A stretch of 64,000 bases of DNA from Scenedesmus sp. PABB004 (Eukaryota): NCBI GenBank assembly GCA_014905635.1, contig JABVCE010000012.1:1054001-1118000 (forward strand). The letters are read 5' to 3'. This document shows, piece after piece, positions 51,501-62,942 of this stretch. The notes beneath the pieces were generated by a model. It worked only from the letters and a program-made list of their open reading frames with translations. It was not told the DNA's origin and ran no database searches. The position numbers were made by a program, and so were the translations under genes. The stretch's first letter is position 1. Each line of letters starts with the position of its first letter.

Positions 51501-53404
51501 GCCGCCGCCGCTGCCCGCGCGCCGCCGGCCGACGCCCGCGGCGCCGCGCCCGCGCGCCGCGGCCCCGCCAGGTGCGTGGCGCGCTGATCGAGATGCTGGA
51601 CGCCTGGGCCGCGGTCGCGCCGGTGGACGCGCCGTTTGAGGAGCTCGCCGAGGTGCTGCCCAGCCCCAAGTGCGTCTCGGAGGGCATGCAGGCGGGCATC
51701 GCGTGGATGGCGGGCGTGGTCGCGGGCGGCAAGGGCACGAGCGCCGACGCGGTGCGCGCCGCGGTGCGCGCGGCCGCGGTCGGCGCGGCCTACAAGACCG
51801 TGCCCGTGCGCGAGGCCGCGGCGGCGCTGCTCGACGCGCTGCTCGGCGCCGTCGGCGCGGGCGAGGTCTCGTCGGCGGTCGCTGCGCTGAGCGACAAGGC
51901 CTTGCAGCGCAGCGCGGCCAAGGCCCTGGCCAAGGCCGGCGGCGGCGCGGCGGCGGCCGCGCCCGCGGCCGCGCCCCGGCCGGGCGCCGCGCCGAGCCGG
52001 CCGGTGTCGCGGCCGGGCACGGGCGCGGGCGGCGGCCGCGCCGCGGGCGCGGGCGCGGGCGCGCGCCCGGGCACCGCCGGCGCGGCGCCGGCGAGCCGCA
52101 ACGTCGCCGCGAGCGGCGTCGGCAGCCTGCGCGGCGGCGGCGCGGGCGGCGGCGCCGGCGCCGCCGCGGCCGGCGCGCTCGGCGGCGACGAGGGCCCGCT
52201 GCTGGCCCTCGACCGCAACAAGGAGGAGCGCGCGCGCAAGGTGCGGCGCGACCGCCGCCCGCGCCCGCCTGGGCCGCCTAGGCCCTGCGCCCGGGCGCCC
52301 GACTGCACCCCTTTAAACCCCTGCCAACCCCTGCCGCGGTTGAACGGGCCCGCGTCGGCGCAGGCGCGGTTCAAGTCGAGCAAGTTTGAGATCCGCCCGG
52401 ACGAGCTCGCCAGCCTGGAGGCCGAGCTCGGCGCCCTCGCCGCGCCGGGGCTGCGCGGCAACCTGTTTGCCAAGGACTTCAAGCGCCACGTGCTCGCCGC
52501 CGACGCGCTGCGCGCGTGGCTCGCGCCCGGCGACGACGAGGCGCGCGCCGCCGCCGCGCCGCCGCCGCCGCCACGCGCCCCGCGCCGCCGCCGCGCCGCA
52601 GCGCGCGACGCCGCGCCGCCGCCTCCGCACGCCGCGCGCGCCGCAGGCGATGGAGGCGTGCGTGGCGTGCCTCGACCTGCTGCTGCGCTGGGCGGTCGTG
52701 CGCCTCGCGGAGGGCAATACGCAGACGCTCGTCGGCGTCACCGGCATGCTCAAGGCGCGCTGCGCGCTCGCCGCGCCCGCTGCCCCTCCCCGCTCTCTGC
52801 GCGCACCTGCCGTCCCTCCCGCCCCGCCCGTGACCGTGCCACCCCCCCCCCCCCACACACACACACACACACACGCACGCACGCGGGCACGCACGCACGC
52901 ACGCACACACGCACACACGCACGCGCCGTGCAGGTGCTGCTGGAGGGTCTGTCTGACCGCGGCTACCGGCTGAGCGACGCCGAGGTCAAGGCCTTCCTGC
53001 CGGGCCTGGTCGAGAAGTGCGGCCAGCCGACGCCGCAGATGAAGGCGGAGTGCAGGCGAGCGCGCGCGCCGGCAGAGTACATGCGCCGCGCCGGGGGGGA
53101 GGGGGCGGCCACACACCCCTCGCCCTCGCCTGCACACGCGCCCGCGCAGCCCGCCGCCGCGCTGCGAGCCGCGCCGCGCTCCGAGCCGCGCCGCGCGCTG
53201 AGCCGCGCCGCGCCGTGCTGCCGCAGGGACCTGATCCGGCGCGTCGCGTGCATGTACTCAGCGCCCAAGGCCGTGGTCTTCATCCAGGAGGGCCTCAACT
53301 CCAAGAACAACAGGTGTGCCCCCAGCAGCGCGGCGGCGCCGCCAGCGTCGGCGCGCGGGGACGGGGCCGCCCCGCGCCGCGCGCTCGGCGCGCGCGCAGG
53401 CTCA

Positions 53405-53439
<35 letters not shown>

Positions 53440-55014
53440 GGCCGTGTGCGCAGGAGCCGCGTGACGTGCGCGGAGGAGATCGGCTGGCTGGTCGACCGCG
53501 AGGGGCCGCGCGTGTACGCGGGTGAGCCTCAAACCCCGCGCCCGGGGCTCAGGCCTTAAGCCCCGCGGGCGGCGCCTCCCGTCGCTGCCCGCGCGCCCCG
53601 CGCCCCGCCCACCCCGCCCCTGCCTCCCCGCGCCCGGCAGGCCCCAAGTCCGAGGTGCTGCCCGCGCTTGCGCGGCTCGTGGCGGAGCCGGGCAAGGACG
53701 TGCGCGCGGCGGCGCTGGGCGCGCTGGAGGTGGTGTACACGATCGAGGGCGAGGGTGCGGCGCGGCGCGGCGCGGCGGAGGCCGCTGCGGTCCTCGCGCG
53801 CGCCCGCCAGCCCTCTTGACCCAACCCCAAAACCGCACCCCCGCAGGCGTGTGGAAGCGGGTGGGGCAGCTCAACGGGCAGCAGCGCGGCATCCTCGAGG
53901 AGCGGTTCAAGACCCTGGACAAGGATCTCGCCCGCCGCGGCCTCGCGGCCGGCCACCGGCGCGCTGAGTTCGACGGCCGGGCCTCCGACGGCGCCGGCGC
54001 CGGCGCCCCGCAGCGTGGCGCGCCCGAGCCGGCCTGCGCGGCGGCGCCCGGCGGCGGCGGCGTGCTGCCCGGGCTGGCGAGCAGCGCGGGGCTGGTCAGC
54101 CTCGGCGCGGGCGGCGACGCGCCGCGCCGCGCGAGCAGCGGGCGCGCGGGCTTTGCCGGCCTCGCCACGGCCGAGTTTGGCGGCGCCGCCGGCGGCGGCC
54201 AGGCGCTGCTGATGACCGGCGGCGCGCCCGCGAGCCTCGCCACCGCGGCGCACGAGGCGGCCGCCGCGGCGCCGCACGCCGCGGTGCCCGCGGCGTTCCA
54301 GCCCGCCGCGCCGCCGCCGGCGGCGGCGCCGCAGCCGCACGCGCGCGGCGCCGCGCCGCCGCCGCCGCCGCCTGGTGCCGCGGCCGGCGCGCCGCTGCAC
54401 CTGCAGCCGCTGCAGAGCCTCGGCACGCCGGCCGCGATGACGGCGGAGCTCGACAAGTGCCTCGCCGTGCTCGCGGGCGGGCAGACTGAGGACGCCATCG
54501 AGGTCATGAAGCTCCTCTGCTATGAGATGATGGACCTGCAGCGCGGCGCCGCGGCCGCGGCCGCCGGCGCGCCGGGGGCCGGCCCGAGCGCCGCGGCGGC
54601 CGCCGTGACGGTGCTGCTCTCGGGCCAGGCCGACCGCCTCGTCGCGCTGCTGACGGTGCAGACGGAGCAGGTGCGCGCCACGCCGCGCGCTCGGGGCGAG
54701 GGTGGCGCGCGCGCCCCTCCCCATTCCGCACCCCATGCACTCACACCCCACCCCACGCACTGACACCCGCCAGGTCTTTGCCGCCGCGTCGGCGTCGCTG
54801 CGCGGCGGCGGGCTGCCGCCGGGCGGCGGGCGCGCGTGCAAGTACGCGCTCAACACGCTCATGAACGTTTTCAGCGGCCCCACGCTGCCGGCGGGGCTGA
54901 GCGGGGCCACGCTGTCGGGCCTCGTGCGCGTGCTGCTGCTGCGCCTCGTCGACGACGGCCTCGGCCGCGCGCCCGAGGGCGAGGCGCTGCTCAAGGTGGG
55001 CGTGGCTGGGCGGG

Positions 55015-55092
<78 letters not shown>

Positions 55093-57264
55093 GGGCTGGG
55101 GCAGGGGGCCAGCTTGGCCCGCGCACGCACAGGGCTGCTAGCACAGCCCTCCCCCCTTCTCACCCCTCTGCTCTGCTGCCCGCCGCCGCGCATCCCCCTC
55201 TCAGGCACTGAACGTGCTGATGCTCAAGATCCTGGAGAACTCCAACCGCAACCACACCTTTGCCGCGCTGCTCGCGCTGCTGCTCGACGTGCCGCCGGAG
55301 CTCGACGCGCCGGGTGCGCCCCGCTGCGCGCACGCGCGGCGGTCGGCCGGCGCACGCGGGCCGCCCGCCGCCGACACCTCCGCCCGTTGAGCGCGCGCGT
55401 TGCGCGCTGCCGCCGCCGCACGCGCAGGCGGGTCTGACCTGTCGCTGCGCTGGGCGGACCTGGTGGTCAAGTGCCTCATCAAGAGCACCAAGGCGCTGCC
55501 GCAGGTCATCCAGGTGAGAGGGAGGCGCGACGCCGCGGCACAGGCCCTATACCGCGGGCGCCCCTTCCGCCGCCGTGGCGGCGAGCGCGCGCTGCTCATG
55601 CCACGGCGAGCACGCGCTCGCGCGCACCGCCCTCCGCCGCCGCACCCCACCGCCGCCGCACCTCACCGCCGCACCCCGCCGCGCGCGCACCCGCGCGCGC
55701 GCGCGCCGCAGAGCATGGACCTGCGCGGGCTGCTGCTGGCGGTGCACGGCTTCTTCGAGGCGCTCGGCGTCGACGAGATCCGGCGCCGCAGCCACGCGGA
55801 CGACAAGCCGCTGCGCATGGTCAAGACGATCCTCCACGAGCTCTGCAAGCTCAAGGGCACCGACATCTACAGGCGCGCGCCCGGGCGCCGCCGCCGCTGC
55901 GCGGGGGCCGCCGGCCGGCGCCGTTGCCGCCGGCCGGCGCTGCGGGCAGCGTGCAGGGCGGACCGCTTCCCACCCTCAAGCACACGCACACGTTCACGCG
56001 CACACGCACGCGCCCGCGCGCAGGTACACGGCTGACATCCCGCAGCACGGCTCCACGAGCGGCGCGGACGGCAAGCCGGTCATCTTTCCTTACATCGACC
56101 TCAACATACAGACCCTGCAGGCGCGGCGGGGTTTAAGGGGGGGTTTAGGTGGCCCAGGGTTCAAGGTGCTTGACTAGGGTTTTGCCGCTTGCGCCTGGTG
56201 ATTGCATGCGCCGCGAGCTACGACCGAACCGACCGAGCGCGCCGCGCCCGTCCCGCCGCGCCGCGCAGGGCAACGGCGCGATCCGGTCCGGCCTCGCCGC
56301 GGGCGGCGCCGGCGCCGGCGCCGGCGCCGCCGCCGCGCTCGCCGCCGTCACGCCCGTGCGGCCGGGCGCGGCGCCGCGCGGCGGCGCGGGCGCGGCGGGC
56401 ACGCCCGGCAGCGCGCTGCGGGGGCAGCGCGACAGCATCGTGTCGCGCCTGAGCGCGGTCTTCACGCGCCTCAGCGCGCACATGCAGGCGTCGAGCAAGG
56501 ACAGCAGCGAGAAGGTGCGCGCCCTGGGGGCACGCCCGCGCCGCCGCGCTCTGCCGCGCTCTGCCGCGCGCCGCTGCGGTTGCGCCGCCGCCCGCCGTGC
56601 CCGCGCGCTCGCTCACCGCGCCACCGCGCCCGCCCCCGCGCGCCGGCAGCGCGCGGTGTTGCTCGACATCCACGCCATCAGCGCCGAGACGGGGCTGCCC
56701 ATCGACCGGCTCATGGCCACGTACCTCCCCGACACCACGCCCGCGTTCAAGGCCTGGATCGTGGGGGAGATGCGGAAGATCGACGACGGCCTCGCCGCAG
56801 CGGCGGCGGCGGGCGGCGCCGGCGCCGGCGGCGCGGCGGACGCGGCGGCGCAGCGCGACGCGCCCGCGCCCGCGGCCGGCGGCGCGACGCCGGGCGCGCT
56901 GCGCGCGCCCGCGCCCGCGGCGGCGGCGGCGCCGGGCGGGCTCACGGGCGCGCCGGGGTCGGCCGGGCCGAAGGCCGCGCTCGGCGGCGGCGGCGGCGGG
57001 GGGCCCACGATGGAGGCGCTCAAGGCGCGCATGAGCCAGCTGCAGGGCGAGAAGGGCCGCCTGCTCTTGGCCGGCAGCCCCGGCGGCGCCGGGGGCGGCG
57101 GGGCGGGCGTGTGCGTCAAGGGCGCGACGCCGCCCGCCGCGCCGCCGGCGGCGGCGCCCGAGCCGGCGCCGGCGGCCGAGGCGGCAGCGCCCCCGGCGGG
57201 CGGCGGCGGCGGGCGCAACCTGCAGGACCTGCGCAGCCGCATGCGCGGCCTGGCGGGCCTGTGA
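46228..57264 (+). CDS. MOR1: XMAP215/ch-TOG microtubule polymerase (about 30 exons)
   Basis: TOG starts: KLPLEERAAHSNWKVR, FWDGLASAKWSERK, LGDAQWK/VRLEAME, LPRADISAQIT..LGSANWKERKE, LFAKDFKRH; GWEEKNFQV; ALNVLMLKILEN; DDKPLRMVKTILHELCK. Confidence 0.95.
48460..48510 (+). repeat. (GCC)17 intronic microsatellite
   Basis: Direct observation. Confidence 0.85.
55019..55086 (+). repeat. (TG)34 intronic microsatellite
   Basis: Direct observation in a MOR1 intron. Confidence 0.95.
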
Positions 57265-57639
57265 TGTTTTCACGCTGGGGCCGGGCGCGGACGGCGGCGG
57301 CACCGCGCACCGCGCACCGCCGGCGGACGAGGTCTCCGCGCTGCGCCGCCGCGCGCGCGCGCTCGGGCTGTGGCGCGTTGAGGAGGCGCCGCGCTACGAG
57401 GCGGGCGGCGAGCTCGCGGGCTGAGCAGCGCCGCCGGGGGCGCCAGCTGAGCGCCGCCGGCGCCCGGGGGCACGCGCGCGGGCGACCGGATGCGGCTTTT
57501 GCAAAAGGGCCGCAGCGACCGCCGCGGCACACTCCCGGGACCATCGCGCAACGACCTCGCGCGCTCAGCGTGTGCGCCCTGAGCTGCGCGCTCACCGGCG
57601 CGGCGGCACAGCCGTGGCCCCGGGCCCGGCGCCGCTGAG

Positions 57640-58420
57640 CCCGGGCTCAGCACACATGCCCCAAAGGAATGGCAGCGAGGCAGCCCCAAACACACCCCCG
57701 CACGCAACACCAGCTGGCGCCCCGCGCACTGCCGGGCACTGCAGGGCATCACACTGCTGCCTGGCCGCCGCGCGCCAGGCGGTGCTGGTGCATCGCAACA
57801 ATGGACGTGATCATGGCCATACACCAGGACCGCGCTGGCGAGGCAGCGCAGCGCAGCACGTGGTGGTCAGCGGCACCGTGCCGGCGAGGGCGTGCAGCAC
57901 CGTGAACAGGTCGACCACCACCTGTTCACGGTGCTGCACGCCCTCGCCAGAGAGCAGCCGCCCCACGCGTGCGGCAACCGCTCTCGGGGCGGGCAGGACA
58001 CGCTGCCCGCCAAGCGCTCACGCGTGTGAGCTGGGCGTCGCCGCGGCCCGCGATGACAACCGTCGCGTCAGGATGGCCCCGTACACGTGCGGCAGTTACG
58101 CACTGCCGCGCGAAGCTCTCGAGAGCTTCGCGAAGCTCTCACGTGCGGCAGTTACGCACTGCCGCACAAAGCTCTCGAGAGCTTCGTGCGGCAGTACGTA
58201 CTGCCGCACGTATACACGAGCTCGCCGTCCGCGGCAGGTTGCGCGAAGACGGGCGGCGCGGGCGGGCAGCCCCAGCTCGTCGCGCGCCGCCGTCTGTGGC
58301 AGCAGAGGCGAAGCCAGGGCGGGGGCTCCACGCCGGCGGCGGCGGCGTCGCGCAGGGGCGTTGATCTCGTCGACACCGGGCGGATGGGCGAGATCAACGC
58401 CCTCCTGCGCGACGCCGCCG
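57640..58420 (-). pseudogene. Decayed, rearranged paralog of the serine-recombinase-like gene at 62943-64000
   Basis: Shares [35 protein letters not shown]-like and AMHQHRLARGG segments plus 3' flank (cgcacgcaacaccagctggcgcc). Contains frameshifts and local inversions. Confidence 0.8.
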
Positions 58421-58937
58421 GCAACTCGGCGTGGCGGGCGCGTGAGAGCTGCGCGCGAGCAGCGGCGCGAGAGCAGCGGCGCGCGCAGCAGCAGCGGCGG
58501 CGGCGCCCGGGGCCGCCGCACGCGGGGTGCGTACCCACGCCTAGCACGTGCAATTGCGGGCTTGGCGCAGCTGCCGCGCAGCGCAGCGGGCGCGGCGGGC
58601 GCGGCGGGCGCGGCGGGCGCTGCGCGGTGGAGCGCAGCGCGACCGGCGCGTCTTTGGCGCTCCGGTGGAGCGTGAAGCGATCGCAGGTGGCGGCACTGTG
58701 CGGCCCAGGGGCGGGTGGCGCCTTCGTGTGCGTCGTGTCGCGCGTCAGCAGCAGCCGCCAACGTGATGCCGCCCTGCGCACAGCGCCATCAGCGCGCGCG
58801 CCGCGTCCCCGCAGCCCCGTTCGCCTGCGACGAGACGCCGCCCAGGCGCAGCGGCAGCCCGGAGGCATCGCTGCCCTTCGCGCGCTCGCCGCGCGCTGCG
58901 CCGGTCGCCGCCCACCGCGCCGCCCCTGCCGCCTGCG

Positions 58938-60372
58938 ATGGCGGCGCAGCCGACCCGCAAGCGCCCCCTCGCGGTGCGGCAGCCGTGGCGGCAGCGGCGG
59001 CGGCGCGGTCAGGAGCAGCGCAGCGGCGACCGCCGGCGCCCGCGCGCGGCGGCCGCAGACCGACGACGGCGACGCCATGGCCGGCGACGCCGGCGGCCCC
59101 GAGATCGCGACCGACCCGGATTGGAGCAGCGGCGACGAGGTGCGCTTGCGCGCCGGCACGCGTCGGCGGCGCTGCGCGGCGCTGCCCGCGCTCACGCGCG
59201 ATGCGCGCCGCCGCCGCGCCACAGGCCGACGTGGCCGGCAGCACCGCCGTCCTGCCGGGCGGAGAGGTGCGCCGCTGCGCTTGCGGCGCGCGTGGGGGTC
59301 GCAGATCGAGCGCTGCCGACTCGCGCGCGCCGCGCGTCGCACGGCCGCCGCGCTCTGCCGCCGCGCGCACGAGCCCGCCACCGCCGCCGCGACGCAGCCG
59401 ATCGACCTGGCCAGCCTGCCCCCGCTGCTGGCGGCCTGCCTCCCGGCGTTGCAGGGCAGCGCGCCGCTGGAGCTCGGGCTCTCTGGGGCGCGCCGCGCCG
59501 GCGCCGCACCGGCGCGCCGCGTGGCGCAGGTTGCCGGGTGCGAAGGCACGTGCAGCGTGCTCAGCTCCTGTATGGTGCCGGGCTGTGCCGGCTACGTGCC
59601 CGTCCCGGGCCGCGCGGTGCCCACGGCCGCAGCGCAGACGGCGGCGCCGCGCGGCGACCGTGGCCGCGACCCCACGGCGGTGCGGGCCGGCGACGCCCGC
59701 GCCGTCGCGGGGCAGCGCCGCCGCGCCGCGCACGCGGCCGCCAGCGACGCGCGCGCGGCGCCTGCGGGCGTGACGCGCGAGGCGGAGAGCGGCGGCACTG
59801 GAGGAGGCGGCGCGCCGCAGCGTGCCAGGGTCTCTTGCTGCAGCGGCGCCGCGCGGCGCCGCCGCGGCGAGCTGGCCGTGCAGCTGTACGGCGGCCTGCA
59901 GGCCAGCTGGCCGACGCGGCTCGCGCGCGGGCCCGCGCGGGCCCGGGCTCCAGGCCCGGGCCTGGAGCGCCTGCTGGCGCAGCAGGAGCGCCTGCACACG
60001 TCGGCGGCAGAGCTGGCCGTGCAGCTGGATGGCGCGCTGGCCGACGACAACGCCGCGCTCGCCACTGCGCAAGAGCGCGGCTCCGCGCTGGCCGCGCAGG
60101 CTGAGGAGCTGTGCGGCGCAGTGTGCGCCGCGCTGCCGCTGCGCGCGTGCTGCAACAACCCGCGCTGCGCGGCGCTGGCCGGCGCGCGCAGCGAGCTGGC
60201 GGCGGTGGGCGGCCGGGCATGCACGTGCGGTGGTTGTGCCAAGTCGGGCGCGCCCGCGCGCTTTTGCAGCCGCGCTTGCCGGGCGGCTGCGTGGCGCGCG
60301 CACAAGCCGGTGTGCCGCGCGCTGGCCGCCAGTGTGGCGGCAGCGGCAGCGGCAGCGCGCGAGGCGGAGTGA
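58938..60372 (+). CDS. Chlorophyte-type MYND zinc-finger protein (multi-exon; 5' structure uncertain)
   Basis: ALPLRACCNNPRC..SE....CGGC....RFCSRACRAAAWRAHKPVC; TGTAA at 60479-60483. Confidence 0.72.
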
Positions 60373-60651
60373 AGTGGATGGGGGGATGGAGCGACCTCAG
60401 CGAGCACTGGCAGCGCTGGGGCGACCGCGTGCCCCGTGCGTGCCGACGGCTGCCTGCGGCGGCGACAGCCGCGTGCTGTGTAAGATGCAGAGTTGTGCGT
60501 GCCGCGCGCAGCCGCCCCCTGCCGCCACGCCTCGGCCGCCGCTGCCGCGCGCGCTGTGCCGCCGTCGCCGCCAAGGCCCGGGCCCGCCTGGCTGGCCGCT
60601 GCGCGCCCCGCCCGCCGCCGCCTCCAGCCAGGCCCTCCACCGCTGGTCCAG

Positions 60652-61050
60652 CTCCGACGGCACCGGCGCCGGCGCCCCGCCGCGCTGCGGCGCCGCCGGC
60701 GCGCCCGAGCCGGGCGGCGCGGCGGCGCCCGGCGGCTGTGCCCGGCGACTGCTGGCGAGCAGCGCGGGGCGGGTCAGCCTCGGCGGCGGCGGCGGCAACG
60801 CGCCGCGCCGCGCGAGCGGCGGGCGCGCGGGCTTTGCCGGCCTCACCGCGGCCGAGTTTGGCGGCGCCGCCGGCGGCGGCCAGGCGCTGCTGATGACCGG
60901 CGGCGCGCCCGCGAGCCTCGCCACCGCAGCGCACGAGCGGCCGCCTCGGCGCCGCACGCCGCGGTGCCTGCGGCGGGCGCAACCTGCAGGACCTGCCCAG
61001 CCGCCTGCGCGACCGGGCGGGCCTGTGATGTTTTGCAGCTGGGCGGCGGC
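60652..61050 (+). pseudogene. Duplicated, internally deleted 3' fragment of MOR1
   Basis: 60652-60936 matches 53982-54256 (GFAGL.AEFGGAAGGGQALLMTGGAPASLATAAHE). 60970-61050 matches the MOR1 stop region 57206-57300 (gggcgcaacctgcaggacctg...ggcctgtgatgtttt). Confidence 0.9.
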
Positions 61051-61318
61051 GGCACCGCGCGCCGCTGCTGGGGTGCGGGGCGGCCGGCGGGAACCGCGTG
61101 CTCATAACAGTTCCTCGCGCGCTGCCCTGAGGAGCTCGAGCGCGAGCGGCGCCCGGTTCGATCGACCGCGACAGCACCAGAGGAGCGCGGCAGCAGCGCA
61201 GCGGATGTACGCGCCGCCGCGCGCCGCAGCCGCCCGCTCCACCGCGCCTGCGCCTCGTCGAACCCGCTTCCAGCACCTCTGGCTTGCTGCCGGACCCGGC
61301 GCGGGCCGTCTGCGCGGC

Positions 61319-62267
61319 ATGGCCGCGGCGGCGCCGCCGGGCGCGCTGCTGCTGACGCCGCCGCCGCTGGTGGTGGTGGTCATGGGTGTGTGCGGCTGCG
61401 GCAAGAGGTGGGCTGGCCTGCGCGCGACCTGGCAGCTTTGCCGGCGCGGCGAGCGCGTGAGCACGCGGGGGCCTCGGTACGGCCGGGGACTCGCACACGG
61501 GCGCCTTCCCCGCTCGACCCGCCGCCGCCTAACCGCCGCCGCCGCCGCCTGCGACCGCGCCGTGGCACGGCAGCACGGTCGGCGCGGCGCTCGCGCGCCG
61601 CCTGGGCTGCGCGTTCCACGACGCCGACGACCTGCACCCCGCCGCCAACGTCGCCAAGATGCGCGCGGGCACGCCACTCACCGACGCAGACCGCGCGCCC
61701 TGGCTGGCGGCGCTCGCGGAGCTGCTGCGGGGCCACGTGCAGCGGTGCGCGCCGGCGCAGCCAGGCCGGCGCCGGCGCCGCTGCTGCCGCCGCCGCGCGA
61801 CGCCCGGCGCAGCCAGGCCGGCCGCGCGCAGGCACGAGCCCGCGGTGCTGGCCTGCTCCGCGCTCAAGCCGGCGCATCGCGCGGTGCTGCGCGGCGGCGC
61901 GCCGCCAGGCGACCCGGCGGTCGCGTTTGTGAGCGGCCGCGCCGGGCGGCGGCGGGCGACAGCAGCACCGACAGCAGCGCCGCCGGTCAAGCCGGTCAAG
62001 GCGCCCCGGCGCCGCGGCGCGCGCGCGCTCGCCCCGCAGGTGCTGCTGGACCCGCCGCGCGCCGAGCTGGAGGCGCGCCTCGCGGCGCGGGCGGGCGCGG
62101 GGGGTCACTTCATGCCGGCGAGCCTCCTGGACTCGCAGCTCGCGGCGCTCAGCGTCGACCCGGGCGAGCTCTGGCTCTGCCTCGGCGGCGCTGCCGGCGC
62201 CGCGCTGGGGCCGGTGGAGGAGGTCGTGGCGGCCATCCTGGAGCGCCGCGGGCAGGCCGGCGAGTGA
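61319..62267 (+). CDS. GNTK: Gluconokinase (GntK/IdnK family)
   Basis: VVMGVCGCGK/STVG, DADDLHPAANVAKMRAGTPLTDADRAPWL, LACSALK, GHFMPASLLDSQL. Confidence 0.92.
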
Positions 62268-62545
62268 CCCCCGCCCCCGAGAGGGGGGGGGGGGCGTGAC
62301 CTCACGCACTCAGCGTGCGCGCCCTGAGCTGCGCGCTCACCGGCGCGCGGCGGCGCGGCGCGCGGCCGGCGTGTGGCCAGCGAGCTGTCGGCGGCGCCGG
62401 GCGCGCGCGCTCGGAGGCCTGCTGGACTGAGCCGGTGCTACCAGGACCAGCTCCATTGCAGCCGTGGGGAGTTGGGCGTCGTGCCCAGGGCCCTGTGTGA
62501 TGAGGCCATCCACCGAGCGTGCCGGGAAGGGCCCCCCACACCTGC

Positions 62546-62549
62546 AAAA
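62546..62549 (-). terminator. Possible Pol III T4 terminator 13 nt downstream of the tRNA-Val fragment
   Basis: aaaa on the + strand, which is rare in this GC-rich context. Confidence 0.45.
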
Positions 62550-62562
62550 TGGATCCACCATC

Positions 62563-62608
62563 TGGTTCCACCCGGGATCGAACCGGGGACCTCCTCGGTG
62601 TTAACGAG
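62563..62608 (-). tRNA. 5'-truncated tRNA-Val(AAC): positions ~28-73 only
   Basis: Minus strand reads CTCG-TTAACAC-CGAGG (anticodon arm, AAC), AGGTC, CCCGG-TTCGATC-CCGGG (T arm/B box), TGGAACC-A. No matching 5' acceptor strand (GGTTCCA) or D arm upstream on that strand. Confidence 0.85.
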
Positions 62609-62942
62609 CGGCGGCGGGCTGGTCCATGGTTTGTTGCCTCGGTCAAGTGTTACCGACACGCGCACCCGCGAGCGCGGCCCCCACCCAACCACCACCTCAA
62701 CGCGGCCGACGCAGCCAACGCCTCGCCGCCGTCGCCTCGCCTCCACCGCCGGCCTGCCCGCAGCCGCCGCCGCCGCTGAGCCGCCAACACCTCCGTCGCG
62801 CGCAGAGCGCGCCCGGAGGTGCCCCCGGAGCCCAGCACCACACGCGCCCAAACAGCGTCGCGGCGGCCGCACCAAGCACACGCCCGCACGCAACACCAGC
62901 TGGCGCCTCGCGCACTGCCGGGCATCACACACGTACATGCAC

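Noticed and set aside
58084..58215. CRISPR-like array of palindromic repeats
   Set aside because: There are only two or three irregular units with no unique spacers and no cas genes, and the units derive from the recombinase-like coding sequence.
61319..62267. Gluconokinase as recent bacterial horizontal transfer
   Set aside because: It has spliceosomal introns and host-like composition, and the family is normal in eukaryotes.
62480..62660. Permuted or intron-split complete tRNA-Val gene
   Set aside because: No GGTTCCA plus D-arm on the minus strand on either side. The ggtccatggt at 62621 is on the opposite strand and does not form a D arm.
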